From assembly GCA_965205975.1 (NCBI GenBank), contig OZ242195.1, positions 288,001 to 352,000 on the forward strand: DNA of 64,000 nucleotides, written 5' to 3'. The position numbers were made by a program, and so were the translations under genes. Below are positions 18,130 through 27,702 of the stretch, one piece after another. This stretch comes from Candidatus Latescibacterota bacterium (GTDB lineage Bacteria > Latescibacterota > UBA2968). Positions within the stretch are counted from its first letter, which is position 1. The number at the start of each line of letters is the position of its first letter. The notes beneath the pieces were generated by a model. The model was not told where the DNA came from. It ran no database searches and saw only the letters and a list, made by a program, of their open reading frames with translations.

Positions 18130-18756
18130 CTACAGGCGGAAGTACCAGGGTTTGTGTCGCTCTTTCCAATCTTCGATTTTCTGGAGCGCGACCGAAACAG
18201 CACCCTGAACCTCAGAGAGTTTGTTTTCTGCACCCTGAGCTTGACCAAGAGCATCTCTGTATTGCCCGTTGTCGAGGCTGCTGCGTGCATCGCTTATATT
18301 GGTCTCGGCCTGATTCAGGTCGGCGTTGAGCTGATCGAGATCATCGTCCGCGCCTTTTCCCCGAGGTGCCTCGCCCAAACTGACTCTGGTATCTGAAATA
18401 CCTGGCGTTACGCGTTCGATAATTGCCTGGGTATCGGCCTCCAGTTGCCTATTGGTGTCAGCTTCTGATTTGGCGCTATTAGCTAACTCCTGAGCTTCTA
18501 CATAAAGAGGCTCGGCCTCGTCAAATTTATTAAAGAAAAAGAACTTTTTTTCTTCAAACTTTTTGGCAGCACTGTCTATGGCAGCAGTTGCTAAACTATA
18601 TGCGGCGGGCGCATAAGACTCAGCCTGAGCCGCTTGAGCTGCAGCATAAGCAGCCTCAGTATCTGCTTTCAATTTTACCAATTCTTCGGAAGGCCCACAA
18701 CCCGTTATGGCAAATGCCAAAATTAGAACAGTGCAAAGGCTTAAAATGGATCGCAT
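18130..18756 (-). CDS. Alanine-rich helical lipoprotein (DUF4398-like)
   Basis: AAGGAG RBS, lipobox ITG|C, AQAAQAESYAP motif, GKGADDDLDQL, long amphipathic helices. Confidence 0.75.
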   Translation of the reverse strand: MRSILSLCTVLILAFAITGCGPSEELVKLKADTEAAYAAAQAAQAESYAPAAYSLATAAIDSAAKKFEEKKFFFFNKFDEAEPLYVEAQELANSAKSEADTNRQLEADTQAIIERVTPGISDTRVSLGEAPRGKGADDDLDQLNADLNQAETNISDARSSLDNGQYRDALGQAQGAENKLSEVQGAVSVALQKIEDWKERHKPWYFRL

Positions 18757-18813
18757 CCTTAGACTCCTTGAGTTTGTTGTCAATAAAGGCTTTACGCATT
18801 GTTTCCTTTGCGG

Positions 18814-18842
18814 AAGATAAAACACAAATTTCCGCTTGTCAA
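18814..18842 (-). promoter_or_regulatory. Putative sigma70 promoter of the lipoprotein/LDT operon
   Basis: TTGACA-17 nt-TATCTT. Confidence 0.55.
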
Positions 18843-18898
18843 CACCAATTTTGAGATATGGAAAATGGCATTGAGCAGTCGGTGACGGAGTATTTTAT

Positions 18899-19750
18899 TT
18901 ATCGACGTTCACTTTTTTTATAAAAAAGTTTGTTCAGCGGGCTTTTGGGTGCTGTAAGGTATTTGGCTTCGTCGGGCGTCAAGGCTTTGTCAAAAACAGC
19001 GATTTCATCGATTTCTCCAGGGTATTTGAAATGATTAAATCGCATCACGAGGGTTTCTATATCCCAGGTCATATTCTGTTGAAGCGGACCTTTGCGCCCT
19101 GCTTCTTTGCCATCTATATACAACGCCCATTCTGCATCGGCCTTGCCACTGTTAAAGTTGGACCAGGTAATCGCTATGTGGTGCCAGTCATTTGCACGCC
19201 AATTGACTGGCACAGAAATCACACGAGCAGCGACCACATCGTCGGTAACTGGCTGTTCTTTGTTGGGGTAACATCCAAACCGAAGCGTGCCATCGGCTTT
19301 TTTGAAATCAACGAAAACGACTGCATCGTCCCAGGGATATTTCCCCTCCTCTTTTTTGCCAATGTGAAAGGGCTCTGGGTAGCTTTCATCAAAGCTGGCG
19401 ATGTCGGCTTTGAGCCAGAATGCAATGCTGCCAGACCACGCGTTGTTTGCACTGTAGGCGAGGTTGTTTTTTCCGCTGTAATTGAGCGCGCCTGCATTTG
19501 GGTTAAAAGCCAAATACCCGTCGGGATTACCGCCCTGTTTGATGTGGTTGGTGTTGGCTGTGTCAAAGGTGGCCAATGGATCGCCGAGGCTGTCGAGGGC
19601 ATCCACGCCTTTTTCAAAGTTGGCAAAAAAAAGTACGTGTGCTCGCAAGCTCTCTTCAATGGCCTTTTCGGGACCACCACAAGCTGTTGTGATCGCCAAA
19701 AATATGACGATTAGAGTGCCGCGAGATAAATGGGGAAGATGGAGCGACAT
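18899..19750 (-). CDS. LamG/concanavalin A-like jelly-roll lipoprotein
   Basis: Lipobox TTA|C; GSIAFWLK, WHHIAITW, LYIDG, GEIDEIAVFDKALT. Confidence 0.8.
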   Translation of the reverse strand: MSLHLPHLSRGTLIVIFLAITTACGGPEKAIEESLRAHVLFFANFEKGVDALDSLGDPLATFDTANTNHIKQGGNPDGYLAFNPNAGALNYSGKNNLAYSANNAWSGSIAFWLKADIASFDESYPEPFHIGKKEEGKYPWDDAVVFVDFKKADGTLRFGCYPNKEQPVTDDVVAARVISVPVNWRANDWHHIAITWSNFNSGKADAEWALYIDGKEAGRKGPLQQNMTWDIETLVMRFNHFKYPGEIDEIAVFDKALTPDEAKYLTAPKSPLNKLFYKKSERR

Positions 19751-19812
19751 GTGTGAGGTCTCCTCAAAAAAGAAATTTGGCGCATTGCATTATTAAGTTG
19801 AGTGCATAAATT

Positions 19813-19841
19813 GATATACTCCCAAAATGCGGGTATGTCAA
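19813..19841 (-). promoter_or_regulatory. Putative sigma70 promoter of the LamG gene
   Basis: TTGACA-17 nt-TATATC on the minus strand. Confidence 0.45.
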
Positions 19842-19913
19842 TACTAAAATTACGAGATTGCGAAGATAGCTTAATTACTCGAAAAATCAACTGCGTGTGT
19901 CTCTGAAATTGTC

Positions 19914-19942
19914 TTGACATCTCAAAAGTTATTTATTAGCAT
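19914..19942 (+). promoter_or_regulatory. Putative sigma70 promoter of the FtsX/OPT operon
   Basis: TTGACA-17 nt-TAGCAT, followed by RBS AGGAG before ATG 19993. Confidence 0.5.
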
Positions 19943-19992
19943 AAAAATTCAATTTTCTCAAAACGTGCGGCATTTTAACAGGAGCCTCCTCG

Positions 19993-22900
19993 ATGCGTAA
20001 AATCGGCACAGGTATTCTCTGGGTTATCACGATTTTGATGTTGTCTTCGGTGACCATTTTTAATCCGGGACAGGTGACGGATTTTTTTGTGACGCTTTTT
20101 AATATTAAACCGAGTATTCCCGAACTCAAACCCATTGAAATTTCAGAACGGGATCGCGAAATTCGATCCATTGCAGAGTCCATTACAGAAGAAGATGTGC
20201 GCCAAATCATTGCTGACTTATCTGGCATGGGATCTCGGGTTCCTGGCTATGCGGGGCATAGGCAGGCTTTTGAATATGTCAAACAGCATTTTGAGCAATT
20301 TGGTCTTGAAGATATCGCGGTCGAAGAGCACACGGTAACGGTTCCTATTGACAAAGGTGCTTCACTCACTTTGACGGATACCGGCGAAGAAATTGCGATC
20401 TACGGTTTTTGGCCCAACCATGTACAAACGCCCTCTGTGCCCAGCGCTGGGATTTCGGGGGCGCTTATTTATGGGGGCAAAGGATCATTTGCAGAACTCA
20501 ACGGCAAAAAGGTCGAAGGCAGTATTGTCCTGATGGACTTCGATTGTGACCAGGGCTATTTAAGCCCGCGTATGCTGGGGGCGCAGGCCATTTTATTTTA
20601 CGACAATGGGCGGGTGACACAGGGGCAGGCTGTAGATAAATTTTTGCCCGTGCCCGTTGATGTGCCGCGGTTCTGGGTAAAAAAAGACGATGCTTTGCGC
20701 TTGCTCGAACTGGCCCAAACGCAATCTCCTGAAGTGCATTTAACGTCGAAGATGGATTGGGAAGAGGTGCCGACCTGGAATATTTTTGCAACTCTTCCAG
20801 GGTCCGAAGACTATATCACGGAGCGCGAAGAACGCAAGTGGAAAGACCAGCAGATTGTGTTGAGTGCTTTTTACGATGCCATTTCCGTTGTGCCCGCTCT
20901 CGCACCAGGGGCTGAAAATGCGACGGGTTTGGCTGCGCTTTTACACACTGCCCGCGTTTTGAAACAGAATCCGCCCAAATATTCGATGACCTTTTTGGCA
21001 ACGGGTTCTCATTTCCAGGGCCTGGCAGGCATCAATGATTTTGTGTATCGGCATTCGCGCGAAAGCGATCATTTTCGCGATAAGATTCCCGATAGTTTAT
21101 CGGTTGCCGGTGCTTATCTCGATGGCGAACTTATTCCGCGCGACAGCGAAGAGTTTGAAGAACTTATTCCCGACAGCTATAAAATTGATTTTCGGTTATT
21201 CATCGGCTTAGATCTGTCGAGTGAATCCGATGAGTTGGCGAGCTTTTCACACGGCACCTTTAACAACCCAAATTGGCAGACAGACAATTATCTGAATAAT
21301 CTGTTGGCGCCTTATGCGGACAAATTCGATAAATATATGGCCAAAGTATTTCCGGGCGAAGAAGTGCGCCATGTCGATGCGATTGCACCGCCAAAACGCA
21401 CGTGGAAAAATTTTATGCCCATTCGCCTGGGATTTGACAGCGAGGCCGTTACGTTTGTTGGGAAAGAAGGCATTACACTGGCGACGCCATCAACAGTGCG
21501 GCGTTTTGTCGATACGCCCATCGATCGCGTTGAGAATGTCAATATGGACAATTTGACGCGCCAGGTCCAAACGGCGATAGCTGCCATGATGAAAGCGGGT
21601 GAAGATCCCGAGTTTTTCAGGGTGTCCAAACTCAAATTGCAAGATCGCGGTCACAGTTTGAGAGGACAGGTATTGTGGTTTGATCGCAATGTCGATTTCG
21701 CGTTGCCCCGCGTGCCCGTGCCCGGTGGGGTTGCGACGTACCGGCAACCGGGCAATGTTCACAGTTGCGCGGGAGTGCGGACGCTGATTATTGACAAGAC
21801 AACAGAAGGTCCCATTTACGATATCGATAAATTGGCAGACGGTCAGACAGAAGATGCAGATATAGATTTGTTTGGCGATAAAAATAAGGTAAAGGAAACC
21901 GGATGGTTTTTCTTCAACATTATGCGAAATCGGTTTACCAATCGCATTTTGGCTTATGATATTGACGAAGAGGGGAATATTACGTCGGCACCCGACATGG
22001 GTACTGAAGGGGATAAGAAATTTCCACTGACACAGCGATATGGCTGGTGGGAAAATGAAATGCTGACGGTTCTGTTTAAGAGTCGCTCCATCAGTGTTTT
22101 TGAAATTATCGATTCGAGCTATTTGTCGGCACTCGATTTTATGACGGTGCTCAATGACAACGATACGCAACCTATAGAATTTGGCTATACGTATTTGCCT
22201 GGACAAAGCACCAAAGAAGGCGACGTGACGCGCGCTGCAGTGACGTTTGCGCGTGTGGATGAACACACGGGAGAAGCCGAGCGGTTGAAAGTTTTGATGA
22301 GCACGGGTTTGTTTGGTGTTAAGTATTTGTTGATCAATGCTCCCCAGAAATTTTTGGACAATCCGATTGATAAACGCGAGGTGAATCCCGATATTCTGGA
22401 AGAGGCCCGAGGTGAAGGGTATGAACCCGGCGTCATTTTCACGCCCTCGTATCAGGCCGCTAAGGATATGTGGGTGATTGACGATGTGCGGATGAAACAG
22501 TTGGCGCAATTTGGTATTGAAAACAATCGACTCACCCTGTTGCACAACAGCGCGCGTGAGGCATTGATCGAAGCGCGTCAGCACCTTGAAAATTTGGATT
22601 ACGAAGGGTTTATGGCCGCATCTCGGCGGGCATGGGGGCTGGAGGCTCGGGGGTATCCCGAAGTGATGGCGACGGCCAATGATACTGTGCGGGGTATTAT
22701 TTTTTATTTTATTTTATTATTGCCGTTTTCATTTTTTTGCGAGCGATTGTTGATCGGCGCGTCGAGTATTACCGCGAGGTTGAGCTGGTTTGCCGCATTT
22801 TTTATATTTTTCTTTATTGTCCTGCGATTTGTCCATCCGGCTTTTCAGTTGAGCAATTCCCCCTATATTATTTTTCTCGCATTTGTGATTATGGCTCTCG

Positions 22901-24846
22901 GAGGCGTGGCCATGGTCATTGTGGTGTCTAAGTTTGGCGATGAAGTTCGCAAAATGAAGCAGGCTTCTGCCGGGACTTATGAAGCCGATGTCGGGCGCAT
23001 TAGCGCGACGTCGGCCGCGGTTGTGCTGGGTATTTCAAATCTGCGAAAGCGCCCTATGCGTACGGGATTGACAGCAATTACATTGACTTTATTGACGTTT
23101 ACGACCCTGTCTTTTACTTCGGTGCAGACTTCGTTGAAGTTTTACAAATTGCCCCGCGATAACGAGCCGTCGTATCAGGGGGCACTCGTGCGCGACCGAT
23201 CCTGGCGCGGGATGCAAGAATCCGTGCTCAATTATCTCAATAGTGCTTTTGAAGGTCGCGCCGATATTGTGCCTCGATCGTGGTATTTGTCACAGGTGCG
23301 TGGTGAGCGCGCTTATGTGAATTTTTCTCGCGTGACAGAGGCTACTGCCGATATGGGCCCCAAGGAGATTTACGTCGATTTCGATGTGGGCATTACCACG
23401 GGAAAAGACAGTTTTGTCAATGCGTTGTTGGGGCTTACGCCAGACGAACCCAAAATTACCGGGGCTGATCGCTATTTGATGAGTGGGCGATGGTTTGAAC
23501 CCGGGGAAGAGTTCGTTTGCCTGTTGCCAAATGATCTGGCCGAGCTTGTCGGTATTTTTCCCGAGGATGCAGGAACGGCTAAAATTGAAATGCAGGGGCA
23601 GATTTTTACGGTGATTGGGATTTTGGATTCCGAGATGTTTAACAAGTTTAAAGATCTGGATGATGAAAAACTGACCCCTGTCGATACGGTTAAAGAGAAA
23701 GACGATTTGGCAGATGCACAGGATCAGGATCCGAGGGTTGTCGCGGCTGCGCCGATTGAAACCTTTACCCATTTGGAATCGACCAATGTGCTCGTCGTGC
23801 CCTATGAGTATATTCGGGATATCGGGGGTGTGTTGGCCTCGGTGGCGATTGCAAATTTTAAGGATGAGAGCGGGCAGCCTAAGTTGAATTTTGTTCCCGA
23901 CATCGAAGAGTTTATGGCGCGCGTGTCTTTGACGATGTTCGTGGGCAAGGATGATGGTGTAACCGTCTATAGTTCGATTGGTTCAACGTCGCTTTCTGGA
24001 TTGGGCAATTTGTTTATTCCGATCTTGATTGCGGCACTTATTGTACTCAATACTATGATGGGTGCTGTGTATGAGCGTTTCCGAGAGATCAGTATTTATT
24101 CTTCGGTGGGATTGGCTCCCAATCATATTGCCGCACTTTTCCTCGCGGAGGCTGGCGTATTTGCCACACTCGGCGCGGTTATGGGATATTTGATTGGACA
24201 GGTTCTGGTGCTCGTACTTTACAATGAGGGATTGTTGGGAGGCCTGGAATTAAATTATTCGTCCTTATCTGCAATTTCCGCCACGTTGATTGTGATGGCA
24301 ACGGTATTTCTCTCCGCGCTTTATCCAGCTAAAAAAGCTGCGGATATGGCTGTGCCCGATGTGACCCGTAAATGGGAATTTCCCGATCCAGATGGCGATC
24401 GGTGGGTGTTTGACTTTCCCTTTACAGTAGGCGGTGCCGAGGTATTGGGCATGTACTCTTATTTGACCCGGGTTTTTGAATCTTATGGTGAGGGATCGGT
24501 GGGTGATTTTGTTGCAGATCATGTGAAGTTCTGGTCTGAGGATCACGAGGGAGAACCGCAATACAATATTGACCTGACGGCATGGTTGGCACCTTATGAC
24601 CTGGGAATTAGCCAGGAAGTGCAGTTAAAAGCTATTCCAACGGGTGAGCATAATATTTATAAAATTGAAGTGGTGATCAATCGCTTGAGCGGTGATGTGG
24701 CGTCCTGGAAACGGATCAATCGCGGATTTTTGAATGTGTTGAGAAAGCGATTCCTGGTCTGGCGCACAATTCCGGGCGATATGAAGTTCAATTATGCAGA
24801 AGACGGACGCCGGGTTTTGTCTGGCGAAGTCGCGGCAATAGCATAA
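19993..24846 (+). CDS. Large membrane protein: PA domain + M28-peptidase-like ectodomain + FtsX/MacB-like permease
   Basis: N-terminal TM, GSRVPGYAG, LIYGGKG (PA), SAFYD...PGAENATG (M28-like), NLRKRPMRTGLT, GRWF, VYERFREISIYSSVGL, AEAGVFA, LYPAKKAA (FtsX). Confidence 0.8.
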   Translation: MRKIGTGILWVITILMLSSVTIFNPGQVTDFFVTLFNIKPSIPELKPIEISERDREIRSIAESITEEDVRQIIADLSGMGSRVPGYAGHRQAFEYVKQHFEQFGLEDIAVEEHTVTVPIDKGASLTLTDTGEEIAIYGFWPNHVQTPSVPSAGISGALIYGGKGSFAELNGKKVEGSIVLMDFDCDQGYLSPRMLGAQAILFYDNGRVTQGQAVDKFLPVPVDVPRFWVKKDDALRLLELAQTQSPEVHLTSKMDWEEVPTWNIFATLPGSEDYITEREERKWKDQQIVLSAFYDAISVVPALAPGAENATGLAALLHTARVLKQNPPKYSMTFLATGSHFQGLAGINDFVYRHSRESDHFRDKIPDSLSVAGAYLDGELIPRDSEEFEELIPDSYKIDFRLFIGLDLSSESDELASFSHGTFNNPNWQTDNYLNNLLAPYADKFDKYMAKVFPGEEVRHVDAIAPPKRTWKNFMPIRLGFDSEAVTFVGKEGITLATPSTVRRFVDTPIDRVENVNMDNLTRQVQTAIAAMMKAGEDPEFFRVSKLKLQDRGHSLRGQVLWFDRNVDFALPRVPVPGGVATYRQPGNVHSCAGVRTLIIDKTTEGPIYDIDKLADGQTEDADIDLFGDKNKVKETGWFFFNIMRNRFTNRILAYDIDEEGNITSAPDMGTEGDKKFPLTQRYGWWENEMLTVLFKSRSISVFEIIDSSYLSALDFMTVLNDNDTQPIEFGYTYLPGQSTKEGDVTRAAVTFARVDEHTGEAERLKVLMSTGLFGVKYLLINAPQKFLDNPIDKREVNPDILEEARGEGYEPGVIFTPSYQAAKDMWVIDDVRMKQLAQFGIENNRLTLLHNSAREALIEARQHLENLDYEGFMAASRRAWGLEARGYPEVMATANDTVRGIIFYFILLLPFSFFCERLLIGASSITARLSWFAAFFIFFFIVLRFVHPAFQLSNSPYIIFLAFVIMALGGVAMVIVVSKFGDEVRKMKQASAGTYEADVGRISATSAAVVLGISNLRKRPMRTGLTAITLTLLTFTTLSFTSVQTSLKFYKLPRDNEPSYQGALVRDRSWRGMQESVLNYLNSAFEGRADIVPRSWYLSQVRGERAYVNFSRVTEATADMGPKEIYVDFDVGITTGKDSFVNALLGLTPDEPKITGADRYLMSGRWFEPGEEFVCLLPNDLAELVGIFPEDAGTAKIEMQGQIFTVIGILDSEMFNKFKDLDDEKLTPVDTVKEKDDLADAQDQDPRVVAAAPIETFTHLESTNVLVVPYEYIRDIGGVLASVAIANFKDESGQPKLNFVPDIEEFMARVSLTMFVGKDDGVTVYSSIGSTSLSGLGNLFIPILIAALIVLNTMMGAVYERFREISIYSSVGLAPNHIAALFLAEAGVFATLGAVMGYLIGQVLVLVLYNEGLLGGLELNYSSLSAISATLIVMATVFLSALYPAKKAADMAVPDVTRKWEFPDPDGDRWVFDFPFTVGGAEVLGMYSYLTRVFESYGEGSVGDFVADHVKFWSEDHEGEPQYNIDLTAWLAPYDLGISQEVQLKAIPTGEHNIYKIEVVINRLSGDVASWKRINRGFLNVLRKRFLVWRTIPGDMKFNYAEDGRRVLSGEVAAIA

Positions 24847-24883
24847 CGCGCAGATTTTGTGAATTTCCTTCTGGGAGGCAATT

Positions 24884-26941
24884 TTGGCAACCGACGAACC
24901 AAGAGATACTGAAGAGACAAAAGAGGATCTGACAGAATACGAACAGATTATGCCAGAGGACGCGCCCTTTGAGGATGGCTTTGGCTGGAAGACGATATGG
25001 GCGACGGCGTTCGTTGGGATTGTCATGTTGCCGGGGGCGATTTATTTGGGCCTGGTGACCGGGCAAAGCATGGCTGGCGCGTCTGAGTGGGTGACGATTA
25101 TTCTCTTTTTAGAGATTGCCAAGCGCTCTTTTGTTCGGCTCAGGACACAGGAAATTTTGATCATCTATTGGGTCGCCGCAGGGCTGTTGGGCATTGGGGT
25201 AAAACTCGGCTCCGGCGCGCATCTATACGGTGGACCTTTTGGAGGGTTGATCTGGGATCAATATTTGATTCAGTCACCCGCGGCAAAAGGTCTGGATAGT
25301 TATATCCCAAATTGGGTGACGCCACCTCTGGATTCGCCGGTTTATGCCGAGCGCACATTTGTGCATCCCGACTGGATTTTGCCAGTGTTGATTCTGTTTC
25401 TGGTCATGATTATTAATCAGGCTGCGCGGCTGTCTTTTGGGTATGTGATGTTCCGCATTACCAGCGATATCGAGCAATTGCCCTTTCCCCTCGAGCCTGT
25501 TCAAGCACGGGGTGTCACAGCACTGGCTGAAACATCGGCCAAAACCGAGGGTTGGCGGTGGCGCGTGTTTAGCACGGGAACGTGTATTGGTCTGGTATGG
25601 GGATTGCTCTATGTAGTTGTGCCCACGTTGTCGGGTATTTTTCTGACTGAGACCGTTCAGGTTCTGCCGATTCCGTTTATCGATTTTACAGCCGAGGTAA
25701 AGACCATATTGCCCGCTGCCGTGTTTGGTATAGGAACGGATTTGGGGCATTTATTGTATGGTTTTGTCCTGCCGTTTTACGTGGTGGTGGGGTCGTTTAT
25801 CGGTGCTGTGCTCGCCAATCTGGTAATTAATCCACTGCTTTATACTTACACAGATGTCTTGAGCCGATGGGCACCGGGTATGACGGCGATTCCCGCAAGT
25901 ATTTCCAACCGTTTCGATTTCTGGCTGAGCTTTGGAATCGGTACTTCAATCGTGATCGCGCTCACCGGTTTTTATATGGTGGGCAAAACCCTGTTAGAGC
26001 AGCGCAAGCTGAAACAGGAAACAGGACATCATTCGATAAACATTAGTATGGAGGATTTACCCGAAGGCCGGGGTGATATGCCGATGAAGTGGCCCCTCGT
26101 GTTGTGGGTCATGGCATCTTTTGCCGCCATTGGGCTGTGCCAGTGGCTTGTGCCGGAATTTCAATGGTACTGGCTGGTTTTCTTCGCGTTTATTTATACG
26201 CCTGTTTCGTCTTATATCGGTGCCCGGATGATTGGTCTTACGGGCAGTCCTTATGGGGCGAGCATTCCCTATATTCGAGAAGCGGCCATTTTGTTGTCGG
26301 GGTATAAGGGCGTGGCGGTGTGGTTTGCGCCCATTCCACTGCACGACCACGGGCTGGCCGTGCGGCAGTTTAAGCAACTTGAATTGACCAAAACGAAGAT
26401 CGGCAGTTATCTCAAAATGGTCGTGGTTACGATGTTTGTGATTTTCATTTGCAGCTTTATGTTCTATGAGTTTATCTGGCGGTTGGGACCTATTCCATCT
26501 TCCACATATCCTTATGTCCAGCTATTTTGGCCCTATGAAGCCACGATGCAAACCGTATGGCTTAAAGCGACTTTGCCGCCCGGAGAAGTGCAAGGTGCTG
26601 TGGGTATGGAACTCTTGGCAGATATTATTAAGCCAGAATATATAGGTGTTGGTTTCGTTGCAGGTGGACTTCTCTATCTGGTACTGGTCGCCGCCAAGGT
26701 CCCCGTGCTGGCATTTTTCGGTTTTGTGAATGGTCTGGCGCAATGGCCGCACTTTGTCATTTTAAATTTTGCCGGGGCCATGCTGGGGCGATATCATTTT
26801 CAAAAGCGGTTTGGCGAGTCCAAATGGAAGGCTTACGCGCCTATTTTAGTAGCGGGTTATTCCTGCGGCATGGGGCTTATTGGCATGACGTCAATTGCCG
26901 TGGCTTTGATATCCAAAGCCGTGTCTCAGGTGGTTTTCTAA
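24884..26941 (+). CDS. OPT-superfamily-like (oligopeptide transporter-like) polytopic membrane protein
   Basis: GGGAGG RBS with TTG start; many TM helices; FEDGFGWKT, EQLPFPL, IWRLGPIPSSTYPY. Confidence 0.65.
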   Translation: MATDEPRDTEETKEDLTEYEQIMPEDAPFEDGFGWKTIWATAFVGIVMLPGAIYLGLVTGQSMAGASEWVTIILFLEIAKRSFVRLRTQEILIIYWVAAGLLGIGVKLGSGAHLYGGPFGGLIWDQYLIQSPAAKGLDSYIPNWVTPPLDSPVYAERTFVHPDWILPVLILFLVMIINQAARLSFGYVMFRITSDIEQLPFPLEPVQARGVTALAETSAKTEGWRWRVFSTGTCIGLVWGLLYVVVPTLSGIFLTETVQVLPIPFIDFTAEVKTILPAAVFGIGTDLGHLLYGFVLPFYVVVGSFIGAVLANLVINPLLYTYTDVLSRWAPGMTAIPASISNRFDFWLSFGIGTSIVIALTGFYMVGKTLLEQRKLKQETGHHSINISMEDLPEGRGDMPMKWPLVLWVMASFAAIGLCQWLVPEFQWYWLVFFAFIYTPVSSYIGARMIGLTGSPYGASIPYIREAAILLSGYKGVAVWFAPIPLHDHGLAVRQFKQLELTKTKIGSYLKMVVVTMFVIFICSFMFYEFIWRLGPIPSSTYPYVQLFWPYEATMQTVWLKATLPPGEVQGAVGMELLADIIKPEYIGVGFVAGGLLYLVLVAAKVPVLAFFGFVNGLAQWPHFVILNFAGAMLGRYHFQKRFGESKWKAYAPILVAGYSCGMGLIGMTSIAVALISKAVSQVVF

Positions 26942-26965
26942 CATGAAATGATGGGTGGAACTTTT

Positions 26966-27013
26966 ATCCGGGCATGTGTCGTCTAATTTGTTGCGATTTA
27001 TGCCCGGATTTTT
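26966..27013 (+). terminator. Inverted repeat / probable terminator after the OPT-like gene
   Basis: ATCCGGGCAT (26966-26975) / ATGCCCGGAT (27000-27009) followed by a T run; large, partly pairable loop. Confidence 0.4.
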
Positions 27014-27049
27014 ATGGGTATTTTTACAACCTTTTCAAAGGAGCAGATT

Positions 27050-27565
27050 ATGCAGAGGTTTCGACTCTTCGGTTTTTTGGCAGTGGCAATGCTTCTGGCC
27101 GCGTCCTGCGATGTGTGGGCACAGCCTCAAAGAGGCGGTCAAGGTCAAGGTCAACGCGGTCAAGGGCAGCGCGGAGGCGTGCAGGTGCAGCGTTTTTTGC
27201 CGGTTGAACAGGCGCTGACTTATCTGGCGTTTAACGAGAATGTCGCTCTGAGCGATGAGCAACTCGTCAAGGTGCGCGCGTCACTTAAAGGGGTTTATGC
27301 AAAACGCCAGGAGTTGCAAAGAAGCCTGCGCGGTAGCAACGACCAGCAGGCGGCCATGCAGCAAGTGCGCGCACTGCGAATGGAAATGATGCAGGGGCTG
27401 ACAGCCATTCTCAATGAGGATCAGACAAAGGTATTTCAAGAACAGATGCAGCGGATGGGCCAGCGCGGGCAACGCGGAGGGCAAGGTGGTCAGGGTGGTC
27501 AGGGTGGTCGCCGTGGTGGGCAAGGTGGTCGCGGTGGTGGTGGCGGTGGTGGCGGTGGTGAGTAG
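27050..27565 (+). CDS. Exported Spy/CpxP-like (LTxxQ) helical protein with Gly/Gln/Arg-rich low-complexity ends
   Basis: AAGGAG RBS, signal peptide (VWA|Q), LSDEQ and LNEDQ motifs, GQG/RGG repeats. Confidence 0.7.
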   Translation: MQRFRLFGFLAVAMLLAASCDVWAQPQRGGQGQGQRGQGQRGGVQVQRFLPVEQALTYLAFNENVALSDEQLVKVRASLKGVYAKRQELQRSLRGSNDQQAAMQQVRALRMEMMQGLTAILNEDQTKVFQEQMQRMGQRGQRGGQGGQGGQGGRRGGQGGRGGGGGGGGGE

Positions 27566-27599
27566 AAGGTCCCTCTGCCTGTTCAGTATTGGAGATGTC

Positions 27600-27638
27600 A
27601 AAACGCGGGTTTCTTTGAAGAAGCCCGCGTTTGTTTTT
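27600..27638 (+). terminator. Rho-independent terminator
   Basis: AAACGCGGGTTTCT-TTGA-AGAAGCCCGCGTTT followed by GTTTTT. Confidence 0.75.
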
Positions 27639-27702
27639 GGGGCGCGCTTGTTTATCGGAAAAAAATGGGTTACATTATCTCACATTGCCATGGGAGGGTT
27701 TT

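Noticed and set aside
21490..22584. 364-aa antisense ORF (also 19031..19714, 37096..37710, 55413..56072)
   Set aside because: Shadow ORFs opposite well-supported genes, with no motifs or RBS.
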